Shown here piece by piece: positions 9,583 through 20,158 of a stretch of DNA of 64,000 nt. Made by a program: the position numbers and the translations under genes. How positions within the stretch are numbered: the first letter of the stretch is position 1; every line of letters starts with the position of its first letter. This DNA comes from an uncultured bacterium (GTDB lineage Bacteria; Armatimonadota; Hebobacteria; Hebobacterales; Hebobacteraceae). The notes beneath the pieces are model-generated. The model was not told the origin of the DNA, did no database searches, and saw only the letters and a program-made list of their open reading frames with translations. The stretch lies in NCBI GenBank assembly GCA_964559435.1, contig CAZLHI010000002.1, positions 1,168-65,167 of the forward strand, read 5' to 3'.

Positions 9583-10651
9583 TAGCTTCACCTTGCTCAG
9601 AGGGGTCCTGCGACCATGCCGGCGACGGTGCAGCATCGCGGTACCACGAGAACGCCACCAGAGAGAACCACGCGCCAAGGGCGAACATCAGGCACGCCGA
9701 CACGACTGCCCGCGGCAGTGTTGGGAATGGGTCTGCAATGAGCCCCTGCTCTGTCGGGAGGCCTGAGCTCCAGGGGTCCAGCTGGTGTCCTGCCCAGCCG
9801 AGGAAACCTGCCCCGAGGATGAGCACCACGGCGACCGGTAGGTTTCCGATAATGGTTCTCACACTCCTCCTCATGGCCGCGAAGACTCCTATGTCGTCGG
9901 CGATGATCGCGTACTGAGTGAGAGCCAGCAGGAAGAGGAACGGCGCGACTGCGTAGACCCCAAGTGCCCCGTGATCTGTGAACGCCCCTACAACGGCCAC
10001 AGGGGTCGAGACGACAAGCAAGCCAAGCGTGAACAGCGTCAAACGGATGTAGAACCTGCGAGCTTCGCTGAAGAACACGCGCCATCTCGGGAGGCCTCGG
10101 AGGACCGTGTCTCGCGCCACCACAAGATATCCGGCGCACGTGAAGCTACCGATAAGGAGCCCCGCCAATAACATCAACGGAGTAAGTGCCCCATGCAGCC
10201 CGGCGAAGCCCTTCACACGGCCGTAAGGGTGACCCGGTTCTGGCTTACTCAGCTTCCCAGACTTGCCGTAGGCCGCGGCCCACAGCACCTGGATGGTGCC
10301 GTGGAAGCCTACGCCTGGGGCCGGGGGCATAACGACCAGCAGGTCGCCATATGCCTTGGCCAAGATGGTGATCCTTGCCCTCGACTCCGGTCGCACCGCC
10401 CGCCCTTGGTCCATGAGTTGACGAGTATCTCGCCCCCATCCGGTATGGGCACAGGCGATATACGTACCGACGCGATGGTCTACTGTGCCCAGCACACCCA
10501 TCGCCACCGCAACGAGCAGCAAAGAGGGACGCTGGAGAAGAAGGCGCAGGCCCTCTCGCGCATACCTAACGGCCCGTCTGATCCCTGCGAGCACGCCTCC
10601 ACCCCCTGAAGGCTCAGTGTCGATTCCGCTGTAAACAGTTCGAGAAGACAT
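9542..10651 (-). CDS. hypothetical multi-pass membrane protein
   Basis: 369 aa ORF with about 6 hydrophobic segments, filling the gap between recognised genes. Confidence 0.7.
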   Translation of the reverse strand: MSSRTVYSGIDTEPSGGGGVLAGIRRAVRYAREGLRLLLQRPSLLLVAVAMGVLGTVDHRVGTYIACAHTGWGRDTRQLMDQGRAVRPESRARITILAKAYGDLLVVMPPAPGVGFHGTIQVLWAAAYGKSGKLSKPEPGHPYGRVKGFAGLHGALTPLMLLAGLLIGSFTCAGYLVVARDTVLRGLPRWRVFFSEARRFYIRLTLFTLGLLVVSTPVAVVGAFTDHGALGVYAVAPFLFLLALTQYAIIADDIGVFAAMRRSVRTIIGNLPVAVVLILGAGFLGWAGHQLDPWSSGLPTEQGLIADPFPTLPRAVVSACLMFALGAWFSLVAFSWYRDAAPSPAWSQDPSEQGEANEGDPDRSNGTPS

Positions 10652-10763
10652 GCAAGCCTTCCTCGCCTGGTGCAGCCGTTCGATAGAGGAGGGACCGAGA
10701 GGAGATCGGCGCCGGGCTCAGAACCGGTCCCCTTCAGTACCGCTAACCAGGAGGCAGGGAGGC

Positions 10764-12074
10764 ATGGACGTCCCCAACCACATGAAGTGGTTCCTCCACG
10801 ATCGCTTCGGAATGTTCATCCACTGGGGCCTGTATGCCCTGCCCGCGCGGCATGAGTGGGTCAAGCACCAGGAGCAGGTCGACGACGATTGGTATGACCG
10901 ATACTTCCAACACTTCGACCCCGACCTATTCCGCCCGGAGGAATGGGCCGACCGCGCCGCCGAGGCGGGCATGAAGTACATGGTCATCACCAGCAAGCAC
11001 CACGAGGGCTTCTGCCTCTGGGACTCCAAGCTCACCGACTACAAGGCGACGAACACGCCGGCAGGGCGCGACCTGCTTCGGCCTACGTTCGACGCGTTCC
11101 GGTCTCGTGGCCTCAAAGTGGGGTTCTACCATTCCCTGATAGACTGGCACCATCCTGACTTCCTGATTGATGATATGCACCCGCTCCGCAATCACCCAGA
11201 CCGCGAGGCACTCAACGAAGGGCGAGACCAGAAGAAGTACACGGAGTATCTCCACGGCCAAGTGCGGGAACTGCTGACAGAGTACGGCAAGATCGATGTC
11301 CTCTTCTATGACTTCAGCTACCCGAATCGGGATGAGAAGGGGAATCCGCGACCGTGGCTCGGCAAGGGCCGCGAGGAGTGGGAGAGCGAGAAGCTGCTGG
11401 AGATGACCCGGGAGCTTCAGCCGCACATCGTCGTCAACGACCGGCTGGACCTGATTGAGTCTGACGGTTGGGACTACCGCACCCCGGAGCAATACGTCCC
11501 CAAGGACGGCGTCACCATGGACGGCAAGCCCGTTCCCTGGGAGGCCTGTCAGACCTTCTCCGGCTCGTGGGGGTACCATCGCGACGAGGCCTCCTGGAAG
11601 AGCGTGGAGCAGCTCGTCCAGCTCCTCATCGACCATGTGAGCAAGGGCGGCAACTTGCTCCTCAACGTCGGCCCAACGGCGCGCGGCGAGTTCGACCATC
11701 GGGCCATCGACAGGCTGCAAGGCATCGGCGAATGGATGGAGCGGCACGGCCGCTCCATCTACGGGTGCGGGCCCGCGCCCGATGGCTTCGAGACTCCGCA
11801 GGACTGCCGGCTCACCTACAACGCCGAGACCAACCGCCTCTACGTCCACATCTTCGCCTGGCCGATCCACCACCTGCATCTGGAAGCCATGGAAGGCAAG
11901 GTGGAGTACGCGCAACTGCTGAACGACGGCTCCGAGGTGAAGATGATAGAGGGCGGCCCCACGCACCTCGCCGGCCCTGTCGAGCACACGGAGCGATCCA
12001 AGCTCCTGACGCTGAGCCTGCCGATACAGAAGCCGCCTGTTGCGGTGCCGGTGATCGAGCTGTTCTTGAACTGA
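10764..12074 (+). CDS. alpha-L-fucosidase (GH29)
   Basis: RFGMFIHWG, TSKHHEGF, VSKGGNLLLNVGP. ATG at 10764 follows GGGAGG. Confidence 0.95.
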   Translation: MDVPNHMKWFLHDRFGMFIHWGLYALPARHEWVKHQEQVDDDWYDRYFQHFDPDLFRPEEWADRAAEAGMKYMVITSKHHEGFCLWDSKLTDYKATNTPAGRDLLRPTFDAFRSRGLKVGFYHSLIDWHHPDFLIDDMHPLRNHPDREALNEGRDQKKYTEYLHGQVRELLTEYGKIDVLFYDFSYPNRDEKGNPRPWLGKGREEWESEKLLEMTRELQPHIVVNDRLDLIESDGWDYRTPEQYVPKDGVTMDGKPVPWEACQTFSGSWGYHRDEASWKSVEQLVQLLIDHVSKGGNLLLNVGPTARGEFDHRAIDRLQGIGEWMERHGRSIYGCGPAPDGFETPQDCRLTYNAETNRLYVHIFAWPIHHLHLEAMEGKVEYAQLLNDGSEVKMIEGGPTHLAGPVEHTERSKLLTLSLPIQKPPVAVPVIELFLN

Positions 12075-12171
12075 AGGCGGCGAACCGCTATCATCTGCGT
12101 GAAGGCATGGCCGTCAGGGTCGCTTGAACGTACGGGTGTCGAAGTTGAGAACAGGTGAGCATACAGCACTG

Positions 12172-12738
12172 GTGGAGGGAGAGCGCGGGGCCTCACGGCG
12201 ACTCGCGCTCCAGCTCGCGGCGGCGACGGCGTTCGCGGCGCTGACTGCTCTCGGCGCGCGGGTCCAGTTCCCTCTCCTCTTCACGCCGGTCCCGGTTACC
12301 GGCCAGGTCTTCTGCGTCCTGCTCGCCGGAGCGGTCCTCGGCGCGCGGCTGGGCTTTGTGAGCCAAGTGCAGTACCTGGCCGCCGGCGCAGCCGGGCTGC
12401 CGATCTTCGCCCACGGCGGCGGACCGGCGGCGCTGTTGGGCCCGACGGGCGGCTATCTTGCTGGCTTCCCCGTGGCCGCAGCCATCGTCGGCGCGCTGTG
12501 GGCTCGGTGCGGCGCGCGGCGCTGGCTCGGGTTCCCGGCGTGCCTGAGCGGAGTGGCGGTCATCTACGTCTTTGGTGCGGCCTGGTACGCCGTGTGGTTG
12601 TCGGTTGGGGGGACGGCCACGTCTTTTGCCGTCGTGCTAGCACAGTCGGTGGCGCCTTTTGCGGCACTGGACGCGGCTAAGGCCGCCCTCGTCGCGGCCG
12701 CGGCCCCGCGATTGAGGCGTCATCTACCCTTCTTCTGA
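12172..12738 (+). CDS. bioY: biotin transporter BioY
   Basis: PVPVTGQ, GLPIFA, GPTGGYLAGF. Start uncertain (12124 or 12172). Confidence 0.9.
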   Translation: MEGERGASRRLALQLAAATAFAALTALGARVQFPLLFTPVPVTGQVFCVLLAGAVLGARLGFVSQVQYLAAGAAGLPIFAHGGGPAALLGPTGGYLAGFPVAAAIVGALWARCGARRWLGFPACLSGVAVIYVFGAAWYAVWLSVGGTATSFAVVLAQSVAPFAALDAAKAALVAAAAPRLRRHLPFF

Positions 12739-12813
12739 GGCCCCGCAGCTTGTTTGCAGGGCCGAAATCCAGTAGAATCTCAGACTAGCCCGGCCGCAAG
12801 GAGTGATCCCAGC

Positions 12814-13416
12814 ATGACTCGGCGAGTGGCGGCATTTCTGGTCCTGGTAGTCTGCTCTGGCCTGGTGTATGCCGAAGAGCCGGAACAGGGGAGCCTTGCG
12901 CCGCTCTCTGCTGCGGAAGGCGAGCGGCAAGTTGCGGAAGCACGCGACTTCCTGGCGGACCTACTCTGGGATGGCACTGAGCAATACTGGCACACCGGGA
13001 AGTGGGACGAGGCGATCCGCCTCTGCTGGCAGATCGTCCAGATCGACCCGACATTCGTGGAGGCGTACAACAGCGCCGCCTGGATGCTCTGGAGCATGGA
13101 CCGGGACGAAGAGGCGATCGAGCTGTACCGCGCCGGCGTGGCGGCGAATCCCAACAGATACGAGATCTACCACGACTTCGGGATGTACTATTACCAGAGG
13201 CACAAGTGGAACGAGGCCGCCGAGCAGTTCGGGAAATCGGTGCAAGCCGACGCGCCTATGTACCACCAGCACATGCTGCCCAATTCCCTGGAGCGCGCCG
13301 GCCGGCTGGAGGAGGCCCTGGCGGAGTGGCGCGCGCTGCTGGAGCGTTTCCCCGACGACCCGATCGCAAAGAGACACATCAAGGCCCTGGAGGAACAGCT
13401 AAGCGAGGAGGACTAG
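12814..13416 (+). CDS. secreted tetratricopeptide-repeat protein
   Basis: Signal peptide followed by TPR-like helical repeats. Confidence 0.8.
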   Translation: MTRRVAAFLVLVVCSGLVYAEEPEQGSLAPLSAAEGERQVAEARDFLADLLWDGTEQYWHTGKWDEAIRLCWQIVQIDPTFVEAYNSAAWMLWSMDRDEEAIELYRAGVAANPNRYEIYHDFGMYYYQRHKWNEAAEQFGKSVQADAPMYHQHMLPNSLERAGRLEEALAEWRALLERFPDDPIAKRHIKALEEQLSEED

Positions 13417-13491
13417 GCCGGCCCGGGAAGCCCCTCCGCACGTTTCTCCGCCTAGGTTTCGCTGTCTAGGGAGTTGTCTAGGGAGGCGACA

Positions 13492-14871
13492 TTGGCGCAT
13501 CTGGCAATAGTGGGGGGCGGTCCCGGAGGCTATGTTGCGGCCGTGCGGGCGCGCCAGCTCGAAGCGGAAGTGACGCTCGTTGAGATGGACGCGCTCGGGG
13601 GAACGTGTCTCAACCGAGGGTGCATCCCCAGCAAAGCCTTGCTGAGATCATCTGAGCTCAGCCAGCTCGCGAGCCGGCTTGGCGAGTTCGGCATCGAGGC
13701 CGAGGTCAAGGGCATCGACTGGCCGCGCATCATCGAGCGGAAGAACCAGGTAGTGGACGAAGTCGTCAAGGGCGTCAAGTTTCTGATGAAGAAGAACGAC
13801 GTCCGCGTCGTGCACGGCCGCGGCCGCCTGGCCGATCCGAAGACCATCCTCGTTGATACCGGCAAGGCCGAAGAGAAGGTTACGGCGGACCTCGTCCTGT
13901 TGGCGACGGGCTCCGTTCCCGCTCGGCTGCCGCTGCCAGGCTTCGACGGTCCCGGCGTGCTAACCAGCACCGAGCTGCTTGACATCGACGGAATACCGCA
14001 GCGGCTGGTCATCGTAGGGGCCGGCTACGTGGGTGTGGAGTTCGCGGACGTATTCAATGCCGTCGGGTCCAAGGTAACTATCATTGAGATGATGCCGCAG
14101 ATTGTCCCAACGGAGGACCCGGAGATCGCGGCCGAATTGGCGCGGGCCTTTCGGCGTCGTCGGATCAAGACGCACACGAATGCTCGCGTAAGCGAGGTGG
14201 CGGACAGAGACAAAACCAAGGTCGTTCGCTTCACGAAGGATGACAAGGAGTACGAGGTAGAGGCGGACGTCGTTCTTTCGGCCGTCGGCCGGCGGCCGAA
14301 CACGCAGGGCATGGGCCTCCAGGAGGCCGGCATCGAGATGGATGGGCGCGCTGTCAGAGTGAACAGCCGGATGGAGACGAGTGTACCGGGTGTATACGCA
14401 TGCGGCGACGCGATAGGCGGCATCATGCTCGCTCACGTCGCCTCGGCCGAGGGAAAGGTTGCCGTCGCCAACGCGCTCGGGAAGCACGTTGAAATGGACT
14501 ACGCGGCCATCCCTTTCGTGACCTACACCCACCCCGAAATCGGCTCTGTGGGGCTAACGGAAGCAGAGGCACAGGAGCGCGGAATAGACGTCAAGGTCGG
14601 GAAGTTCTTTTTCCGGGGCGCAGGGAAGGCGGCGGCCGAAGGTTCGCGAGACGGGCTGGTCAAGGTCGTCGTCGATGCAGGCTCCGGGAAGGTGGTCGGC
14701 GGCCAGATCTGCGGGCCGCACGCAACCGACCTCGTACACGAGCTTGTCCTGGCGGTTCACGTCGGCGCCACTGCCGAGGATGTCGGGGGCATGGTGCACG
14801 CGCACCCCACTCTGATGGAGCCGATCATGGAGGCCGCCGAGGACGCGCTGGGGATCGCGATCCACAAGTAG
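13492..14871 (+). CDS. lpdA: dihydrolipoyl dehydrogenase
   Basis: GGGPGG, GGTCLNRGCIPSK, C-terminal HAHPT-x-x-E. TTG at 13492 follows GGGAGG. Confidence 0.95.
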   Translation: MAHLAIVGGGPGGYVAAVRARQLEAEVTLVEMDALGGTCLNRGCIPSKALLRSSELSQLASRLGEFGIEAEVKGIDWPRIIERKNQVVDEVVKGVKFLMKKNDVRVVHGRGRLADPKTILVDTGKAEEKVTADLVLLATGSVPARLPLPGFDGPGVLTSTELLDIDGIPQRLVIVGAGYVGVEFADVFNAVGSKVTIIEMMPQIVPTEDPEIAAELARAFRRRRIKTHTNARVSEVADRDKTKVVRFTKDDKEYEVEADVVLSAVGRRPNTQGMGLQEAGIEMDGRAVRVNSRMETSVPGVYACGDAIGGIMLAHVASAEGKVAVANALGKHVEMDYAAIPFVTYTHPEIGSVGLTEAEAQERGIDVKVGKFFFRGAGKAAAEGSRDGLVKVVVDAGSGKVVGGQICGPHATDLVHELVLAVHVGATAEDVGGMVHAHPTLMEPIMEAAEDALGIAIHK

Positions 14872-14953
14872 CTTCGGTTGTGGCGGCGGCCGCGCTCTGA
14901 AGTTGGCTTCGCGCACGCCCGGCCGTGCCGAGCAGAGAGGGAGACAGGCACTA

Positions 14954-15433
14954 ATGGAAGAGATATTGCAGCTGCTCAGCGAGGATGCTCGTCTGACGGC
15001 CGCTCAGATTGCCGAGCGCACCGGCAGCACTGAGGCGGAGGTGAAAGACGCTGTAGCGAAGCTCGAGACGGACAAGGTCATTCGCCGCTACAAGACCGTC
15101 ATCGACTGGGAGAAAGCGGGCATTGAGCATGTCTTTGGATTCATCGAAGTCAGGTGCGCGCCGGAGCGCGGGGTGGGCTTCGACGCGGTGGCGGAGCGAA
15201 TCATGGAGTTCCCCGAGGTGCATTCTCTATACTTGATGTCAGGGGCCTACGACTTTCTCGTCGTCGTCCAGGGTGGCAACATGCGGGACATAGCCTACTT
15301 CGTGGCCGAGAAGCTGGCCCCGTTGGATCATGTGGTTGGCACGGCAACGCACTTCGTGCTCAAGCGGTACAAGGTCGATGGGGATGTCATGATAGACCGC
15401 GCTCAGGCGAAGCGCCTGCCCATCACCCCCTAG
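14954..15433 (+). CDS. Lrp/AsnC family transcriptional regulator
   Basis: N-terminal HTH, YLMSGAYD, TATHFVLKRYK; paired with the downstream aminotransferase. Confidence 0.92.
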   Translation: MEEILQLLSEDARLTAAQIAERTGSTEAEVKDAVAKLETDKVIRRYKTVIDWEKAGIEHVFGFIEVRCAPERGVGFDAVAERIMEFPEVHSLYLMSGAYDFLVVVQGGNMRDIAYFVAEKLAPLDHVVGTATHFVLKRYKVDGDVMIDRAQAKRLPITP

Positions 15434-15445
15434 CGGAGACGTCAC

Positions 15446-16618
15446 TTGGAGCGCACCAAATCACGCATCTCCCAGCGCGTGCAAGACCTCCCGCCTTCCG
15501 GCATTCGGCGGTTCTTCGAGCTCGTCGAGAAGATGCCGGATGCGATCTCGCTTGGCATAGGGGAGCCCGACTTCGTCACCCCCTGGCGGGTGCGGGAAGC
15601 GGGCATATACTCCCTCGAACGCGGACACACCCATTACACTCCCAACCGCGGGATACGTCCGCTTCTCCGGGAGCTGGCGCTCTATCTGGAGCGCCGGTTC
15701 GGGGTGAGCTATGACCCGGAGAGCGAGCTTCTGATTACGGTCGGCGGCAGCGAAGCCATCGACATCGCTCTGCGCGCCGTTCTCGAACCCGGCGACGGGG
15801 TGCTCATCCCACAGCCGTGCTTCGTGTCCTACGTCCCCTGCGCGGTGCTGGCCGGCGGCAGGGCGCTTCTCGTCCCCACCTCTGTCGATCACGACTTCCA
15901 GGTCCGCGTCGAGGAGCTGGCCCAGGCGTGCGACGAGACAGCGCGAGTTCTGCTGATCTCTTATCCCTCCAACCCCACCGGTGCCGTGCTGCCTCGCGCG
16001 GGAATGGAGGCCCTGATCGACTTCGCCGCCGAGCGCGACCTGTTGATCGTCTCGGACGAGGTCTACGCCGAACTCACATACAATGGCAGCCACTGCTCCG
16101 CTGCGGCCGTTCCGGGCGCGCGAGAGCGCACTATCCTTGTCGGCGGCTTCTCCAAGGCCTGGGCCATGACCGGCTGGCGGCTGGGCTTCGCGGCCGGGCC
16201 GGCGGACATCGTCGAAGCCATGGTGAAGGTGCACAGCTACGCCGTGATGTGCTCGCCCACTACGGCCCAAGAAGCGGGGCTCGAGGCCCTGCGGGCCTGC
16301 GATGAGGAGGTGGAGCGTATGCGCCGCGAATACAACCAGCGGCGGCGCGTGATCGTCAACCGTCTGAACAAGATGGGATTGAGCTGCTTCGAGCCAAAGG
16401 GGGCCTTCTACGCCTTTCCATCCGTCTCCGTCACGGGTCTGACATCCGAGCAGTTTGCAGAGCGCCTCCTCGAGGAGGAGAGGGTCGCGGTCGTGCCGGG
16501 CACGGCCTTCGGCCCCAGCGGTGAGGGCTTCGTTCGCTGCTCATATGCAACTTCCATGCCGCTGATCGAGGAGGCCATGTCGAGGATGGTATCCTTTGTG
16601 AGTCGCGTCAGTGGCTGA
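15446..16618 (+). CDS. class I/II PLP-dependent aminotransferase
   Basis: GEPDF, PSNPTG, SDEVY, GFSKAWAMTGWRLG. Confidence 0.95.
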   Translation: MERTKSRISQRVQDLPPSGIRRFFELVEKMPDAISLGIGEPDFVTPWRVREAGIYSLERGHTHYTPNRGIRPLLRELALYLERRFGVSYDPESELLITVGGSEAIDIALRAVLEPGDGVLIPQPCFVSYVPCAVLAGGRALLVPTSVDHDFQVRVEELAQACDETARVLLISYPSNPTGAVLPRAGMEALIDFAAERDLLIVSDEVYAELTYNGSHCSAAAVPGARERTILVGGFSKAWAMTGWRLGFAAGPADIVEAMVKVHSYAVMCSPTTAQEAGLEALRACDEEVERMRREYNQRRRVIVNRLNKMGLSCFEPKGAFYAFPSVSVTGLTSEQFAERLLEEERVAVVPGTAFGPSGEGFVRCSYATSMPLIEEAMSRMVSFVSRVSG

Positions 16619-16629
16619 CGGTCGGTCTC

Positions 16630-17481
16630 GTGGAGATAATCGTCGCGGAAAACGCCGGTTTCTGCTTCGGAGTCAAGCGCGCCCTTGAGCTCGTTGCCCG
16701 GGCGACGGACGAGCACTCGCGTCCGGTCTACACGCTCGGTCCCCTCATCCACAACCCTCAGGAGATGGCGCGCCTCGAAGCGAGCGGCGTGCGGGAGGTC
16801 CGCTCGCTCGACGAAGTGCGGGAGGGGGCGCTCGTGCTCTCGGCCCACGGTGTCGATCCCGAAGTCGAACAGGCCGCGCAGGCGCGCGGCCTCCCGATCA
16901 TAGACGCAACCTGTCCCTTCGTGAAGCGGGCCCACAGCCGCATCCGAAGCCTCGCGGAGCAGGGATATGCGGTCGCCATCCTCGGCGACCGAGGACATCG
17001 TGAGGTCGAGGGTCTCGCCGCCAGGGCCGGCGGAAAGGCCGAGATCGTAACCTCGGCCGAGGAGGTGGAGCGACTTCCCTTCCGCCGGCGCTGGGGGCTC
17101 GTCGTGCAAACGACTCAGCGGCCGGCAGTTCTGCGCGAGGTCGCGGGCGCCCTGGCCGAGCGCTGCCGCGAGCTGCGAGTGTTCAACACGATCTGTGAGG
17201 CCACTATCAAGCGCCAGGACAGCGCGCGGGAGTTGGCGGAGAGGGCCGACGTGATGATCGTCGTGGGAGGGCGCAACAGCGCAAACACCAGGCGCCTGCG
17301 CGAGATATGCACTTCAACCGGGACTCCGACGCACCATGTGGAGAAGGCGGCAGAGTTGGATGGTGCGTGGCTTGAAGAGGTGCAGACGGTGGGCGTCACG
17401 GCGGGCGCATCGACTCCTGCCTGGATCGTGGAGGACGTCGTGAAGCGTCTGCGCCAACTAGAGCGAGAGGTCGGGCCCTGA
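16630..17481 (+). CDS. ispH: 4-hydroxy-3-methylbut-2-enyl diphosphate reductase
   Basis: GFCFGVKRA, IHN, AHG, DATCP, TICEAT, NSANT, GASTP. Confidence 0.96.
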   Translation: MEIIVAENAGFCFGVKRALELVARATDEHSRPVYTLGPLIHNPQEMARLEASGVREVRSLDEVREGALVLSAHGVDPEVEQAAQARGLPIIDATCPFVKRAHSRIRSLAEQGYAVAILGDRGHREVEGLAARAGGKAEIVTSAEEVERLPFRRRWGLVVQTTQRPAVLREVAGALAERCRELRVFNTICEATIKRQDSARELAERADVMIVVGGRNSANTRRLREICTSTGTPTHHVEKAAELDGAWLEEVQTVGVTAGASTPAWIVEDVVKRLRQLEREVGP

Positions 17482-18794
17482 TGGGAAAGCCCAGCCCTGC
17501 GCGCGTGACATCGGTCGTCCGTGGCAGCCCAGCCGACAACCTGGGCATCGCCGCCGGAGAGGCACTCGTCCGCGTCAACGGCCGGGCGCCCCGCGATTAT
17601 GTAGACTATCGCTACCTGGCGGCCGAGCGTGAGGTGGCACTGGTGGTGGAGAACGACCGCGGGAAACGTCGGATCCTCCGCCTCCGCAAGGACATAGACG
17701 AAGACCTCGGGCTGCGGTTCGCAGACGACGTCTTCGACGGCGTCGTCACCTGCACGAATCACTGTCCGTTCTGCTTTGTATCACAGCTCCCCCGGGGCCT
17801 TCGCCCAGCCCTCTACGTCCGAGACGACGACTACCGCCTCTCGTTTCTGCACGGCAACTTCATCACGCTGACGAATGTCACCTCGGCCGACAGGAGGCGT
17901 ATCGCTCGGCTTCACCTGTCTCCACTCTATGTCTCGGTTCACGCCACCGGAGCTAACGTCAGGGAGCAGGTCTTCGGCGGCCCGACGCCCGACGTGCTGC
18001 GCGAGATGCGACGCCTCGGCGCAGAAGGGATTGAGTTCCACTGCCAGGTCGTCGTCTGCCCCGGTATCAACGACGGCGCTCACCTCGAGCGCACGGTGAG
18101 GGACCTGGCAGGGCTTTACCCAAGCGTACGGTCGGTGGGAGTCGTCCCTGTGGGTCTGACCCGACACCGGAGGCAGGGCTCTGCCTTGCGGCGAGTGACG
18201 CCGCGGATGGCCAAGAGGCTGATTCGGGAAGTCAGGGACTGGCAGGGCGCGTTCCTCCGGCGGTTGGGCACGCGACTCGTGTTTGCCGCCGATGAGCTAT
18301 ACCTTCTGGCGAACCGGCCGCTGCCGAAGCGCTCCGAATACGGTGGCTTCCCTCAGCTCGCCAACGGCATAGGGAATGCTTGCTTGTTCTTGGAGCGGGT
18401 CAGGCGAATACGGCCTCCTCAGCTTCCTCGCCCGCTGCCAGTCGCGCTTGTGACCGGTGAGATGGCGGCTCCATTGGTGGAGGCGCTGGCCGCCAAGCTC
18501 AATGCTGGCGAAGTCGTCGCCGAGCTCTGCGTCGTTCGGAACGGGCTCTTCGGCCGCTCGGTCACCACCGCCGGTCTGCTGCCCGGGCGGGACATAGCGC
18601 GGGCGCTGCGGAAAGTCAGGGCGGAACTGGCGATCGTGCCTGGGTCTGCAGTGAGAGATGGGGCAGGCTTCATAGACGATGTGACCCTCGGTGAGCTGTC
18701 GCAGGTCGTGGGAATGCCAGTCGTCGCGGCCAATTCACCGGCCGAAGCCACCGCCGTCTTGCGCAGGTTCGCTCGCAGGAGGCAGGCCGGGTGA
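17481..18794 (+). CDS. DUF512 Fe-S/radical-SAM-like protein with N-terminal PDZ-like domain
   Basis: CxxxCxxC (CTNHCPFC), DDDYRLSF; conserved position upstream of der. Confidence 0.9.
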   Translation: MGKPSPARVTSVVRGSPADNLGIAAGEALVRVNGRAPRDYVDYRYLAAEREVALVVENDRGKRRILRLRKDIDEDLGLRFADDVFDGVVTCTNHCPFCFVSQLPRGLRPALYVRDDDYRLSFLHGNFITLTNVTSADRRRIARLHLSPLYVSVHATGANVREQVFGGPTPDVLREMRRLGAEGIEFHCQVVVCPGINDGAHLERTVRDLAGLYPSVRSVGVVPVGLTRHRRQGSALRRVTPRMAKRLIREVRDWQGAFLRRLGTRLVFAADELYLLANRPLPKRSEYGGFPQLANGIGNACLFLERVRRIRPPQLPRPLPVALVTGEMAAPLVEALAAKLNAGEVVAELCVVRNGLFGRSVTTAGLLPGRDIARALRKVRAELAIVPGSAVRDGAGFIDDVTLGELSQVVGMPVVAANSPAEATAVLRRFARRRQAG

Positions 18795-20158
18795 GCGTCG
18801 TGCGAGACCGAGGCGTGGTCGCGATTGTCGGGCGGCCCAATGTCGGGAAGTCCACGCTGTTCAACCGCATCGCCGGCCGCCGCATCGCCATCGAGGAAGA
18901 GACGCCGGGGATCACTCGAGATCGCATCTACGCCGACTGTGCGTGGATGGGAAAGCGGTTCACCCTGATCGACACAGGGGGCCTGGTGGCGGAGAAAGAC
19001 GATCTGCAGGCCCAGGTTAGGCGACAGATCGAGTTCGCGATCGAAGAGGCCGACGTCATCATCTTTGTGGTCGATGCCAAGGAAGGCCACGCCGGCTTTG
19101 ACGAAGAAATCGCCGACATGCTGCGCAAGACGGGCAAGCCGGTGGTGGTCGCCGCGAACAAGGTGGACAGCCGACGGCGGGAGGATGGGGTCCCGGACTT
19201 CTATGGGCTTGGCGTCGGGGATGTCGTCGGAATATCGGCCGCCCACGGGCTGCTTGTGGACGAACTCCTCGACTTGGCGGCCGAGCATTTGCCGGAGACG
19301 GGCCCGGCATCCGAAGAGGAGGACGCGGTCCGGGTCGCCATCGCGGGCCGGCCCAATGTGGGGAAGTCGTCTCTGCTGAATGCGATCCTCGGCGAAGACA
19401 GGGTCCTCGTCGATGCCCGGCCGGGCACAACGCGCGACTCCATCGACACGAGACATGAGTGGCGCGACCGTCCCTTGGTCCTCATCGACACCGCGGGAAT
19501 CAGGCGAAAAAGCCGCGTGAAGGAGTCCTTCGAGTACTACGGTGTGCTGCGCGCGTTCGGGGCCATAGAGCGGTGCGACGTCGCGCTGACCTTGATCGAT
19601 GCCTCGGCGGGGCTGACCGATCAGGACAAGAGGATCGCGGGCCGCGCACACGACGAGGGGAAGGCGCAAGTGCTCGTCGTGAGCAAGTGGGACCTCCGCG
19701 CGCCCGCTGATGCGACCAAGGAGGCCGAGCGCACGCTCATGGCCGACTTTGCGCGCGAGATACAGGCGTGGCTCCCCGAGCTCAAGTACGCTCCTGTCGC
19801 CTTCACATCCGCGGTGGAGGGGAGAGGAATCGAGGCCCTGCTCGACACGACTGTAGAGGTGGCCGAGGAGCATGCCCGTCGGTTCCAGACGGCGGAACTG
19901 AACCGCATGTTCGAGGAAGCAACGTGGGATCATCCTCTTTCACGCAAAGGAAAGCAGCTCAAGATATACTACGTGACTCAGGTGGGCGTTCGGCCGCCGA
20001 CGCTTGCCCTTTATGTCAATGACCCGAAGCGGATGCACTTCTCCCACCGGGCATACCTGGAGAACGAGCTGCGCAAGCGCGTCGCGCTGGAGGGCACGCC
20101 GCTTCGACTCCTCGTCCGAAAGGCTCGCGGCCGGACGGCGCGGGCGAGGAGGCGATGA
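18791..20158 (+). CDS. der: ribosome biogenesis GTPase Der
   Basis: Two tandem GRPNVGKS G-domains with DTGG and DTAG. Confidence 0.97.
   Translation: MSVVRDRGVVAIVGRPNVGKSTLFNRIAGRRIAIEEETPGITRDRIYADCAWMGKRFTLIDTGGLVAEKDDLQAQVRRQIEFAIEEADVIIFVVDAKEGHAGFDEEIADMLRKTGKPVVVAANKVDSRRREDGVPDFYGLGVGDVVGISAAHGLLVDELLDLAAEHLPETGPASEEEDAVRVAIAGRPNVGKSSLLNAILGEDRVLVDARPGTTRDSIDTRHEWRDRPLVLIDTAGIRRKSRVKESFEYYGVLRAFGAIERCDVALTLIDASAGLTDQDKRIAGRAHDEGKAQVLVVSKWDLRAPADATKEAERTLMADFAREIQAWLPELKYAPVAFTSAVEGRGIEALLDTTVEVAEEHARRFQTAELNRMFEEATWDHPLSRKGKQLKIYYVTQVGVRPPTLALYVNDPKRMHFSHRAYLENELRKRVALEGTPLRLLVRKARGRTARARRR

Noticed and set aside
13492-14871. lpdA without adjacent E1/E2 or glycine-cleavage genes
   Set aside because: Orphan lpdA genes are common.
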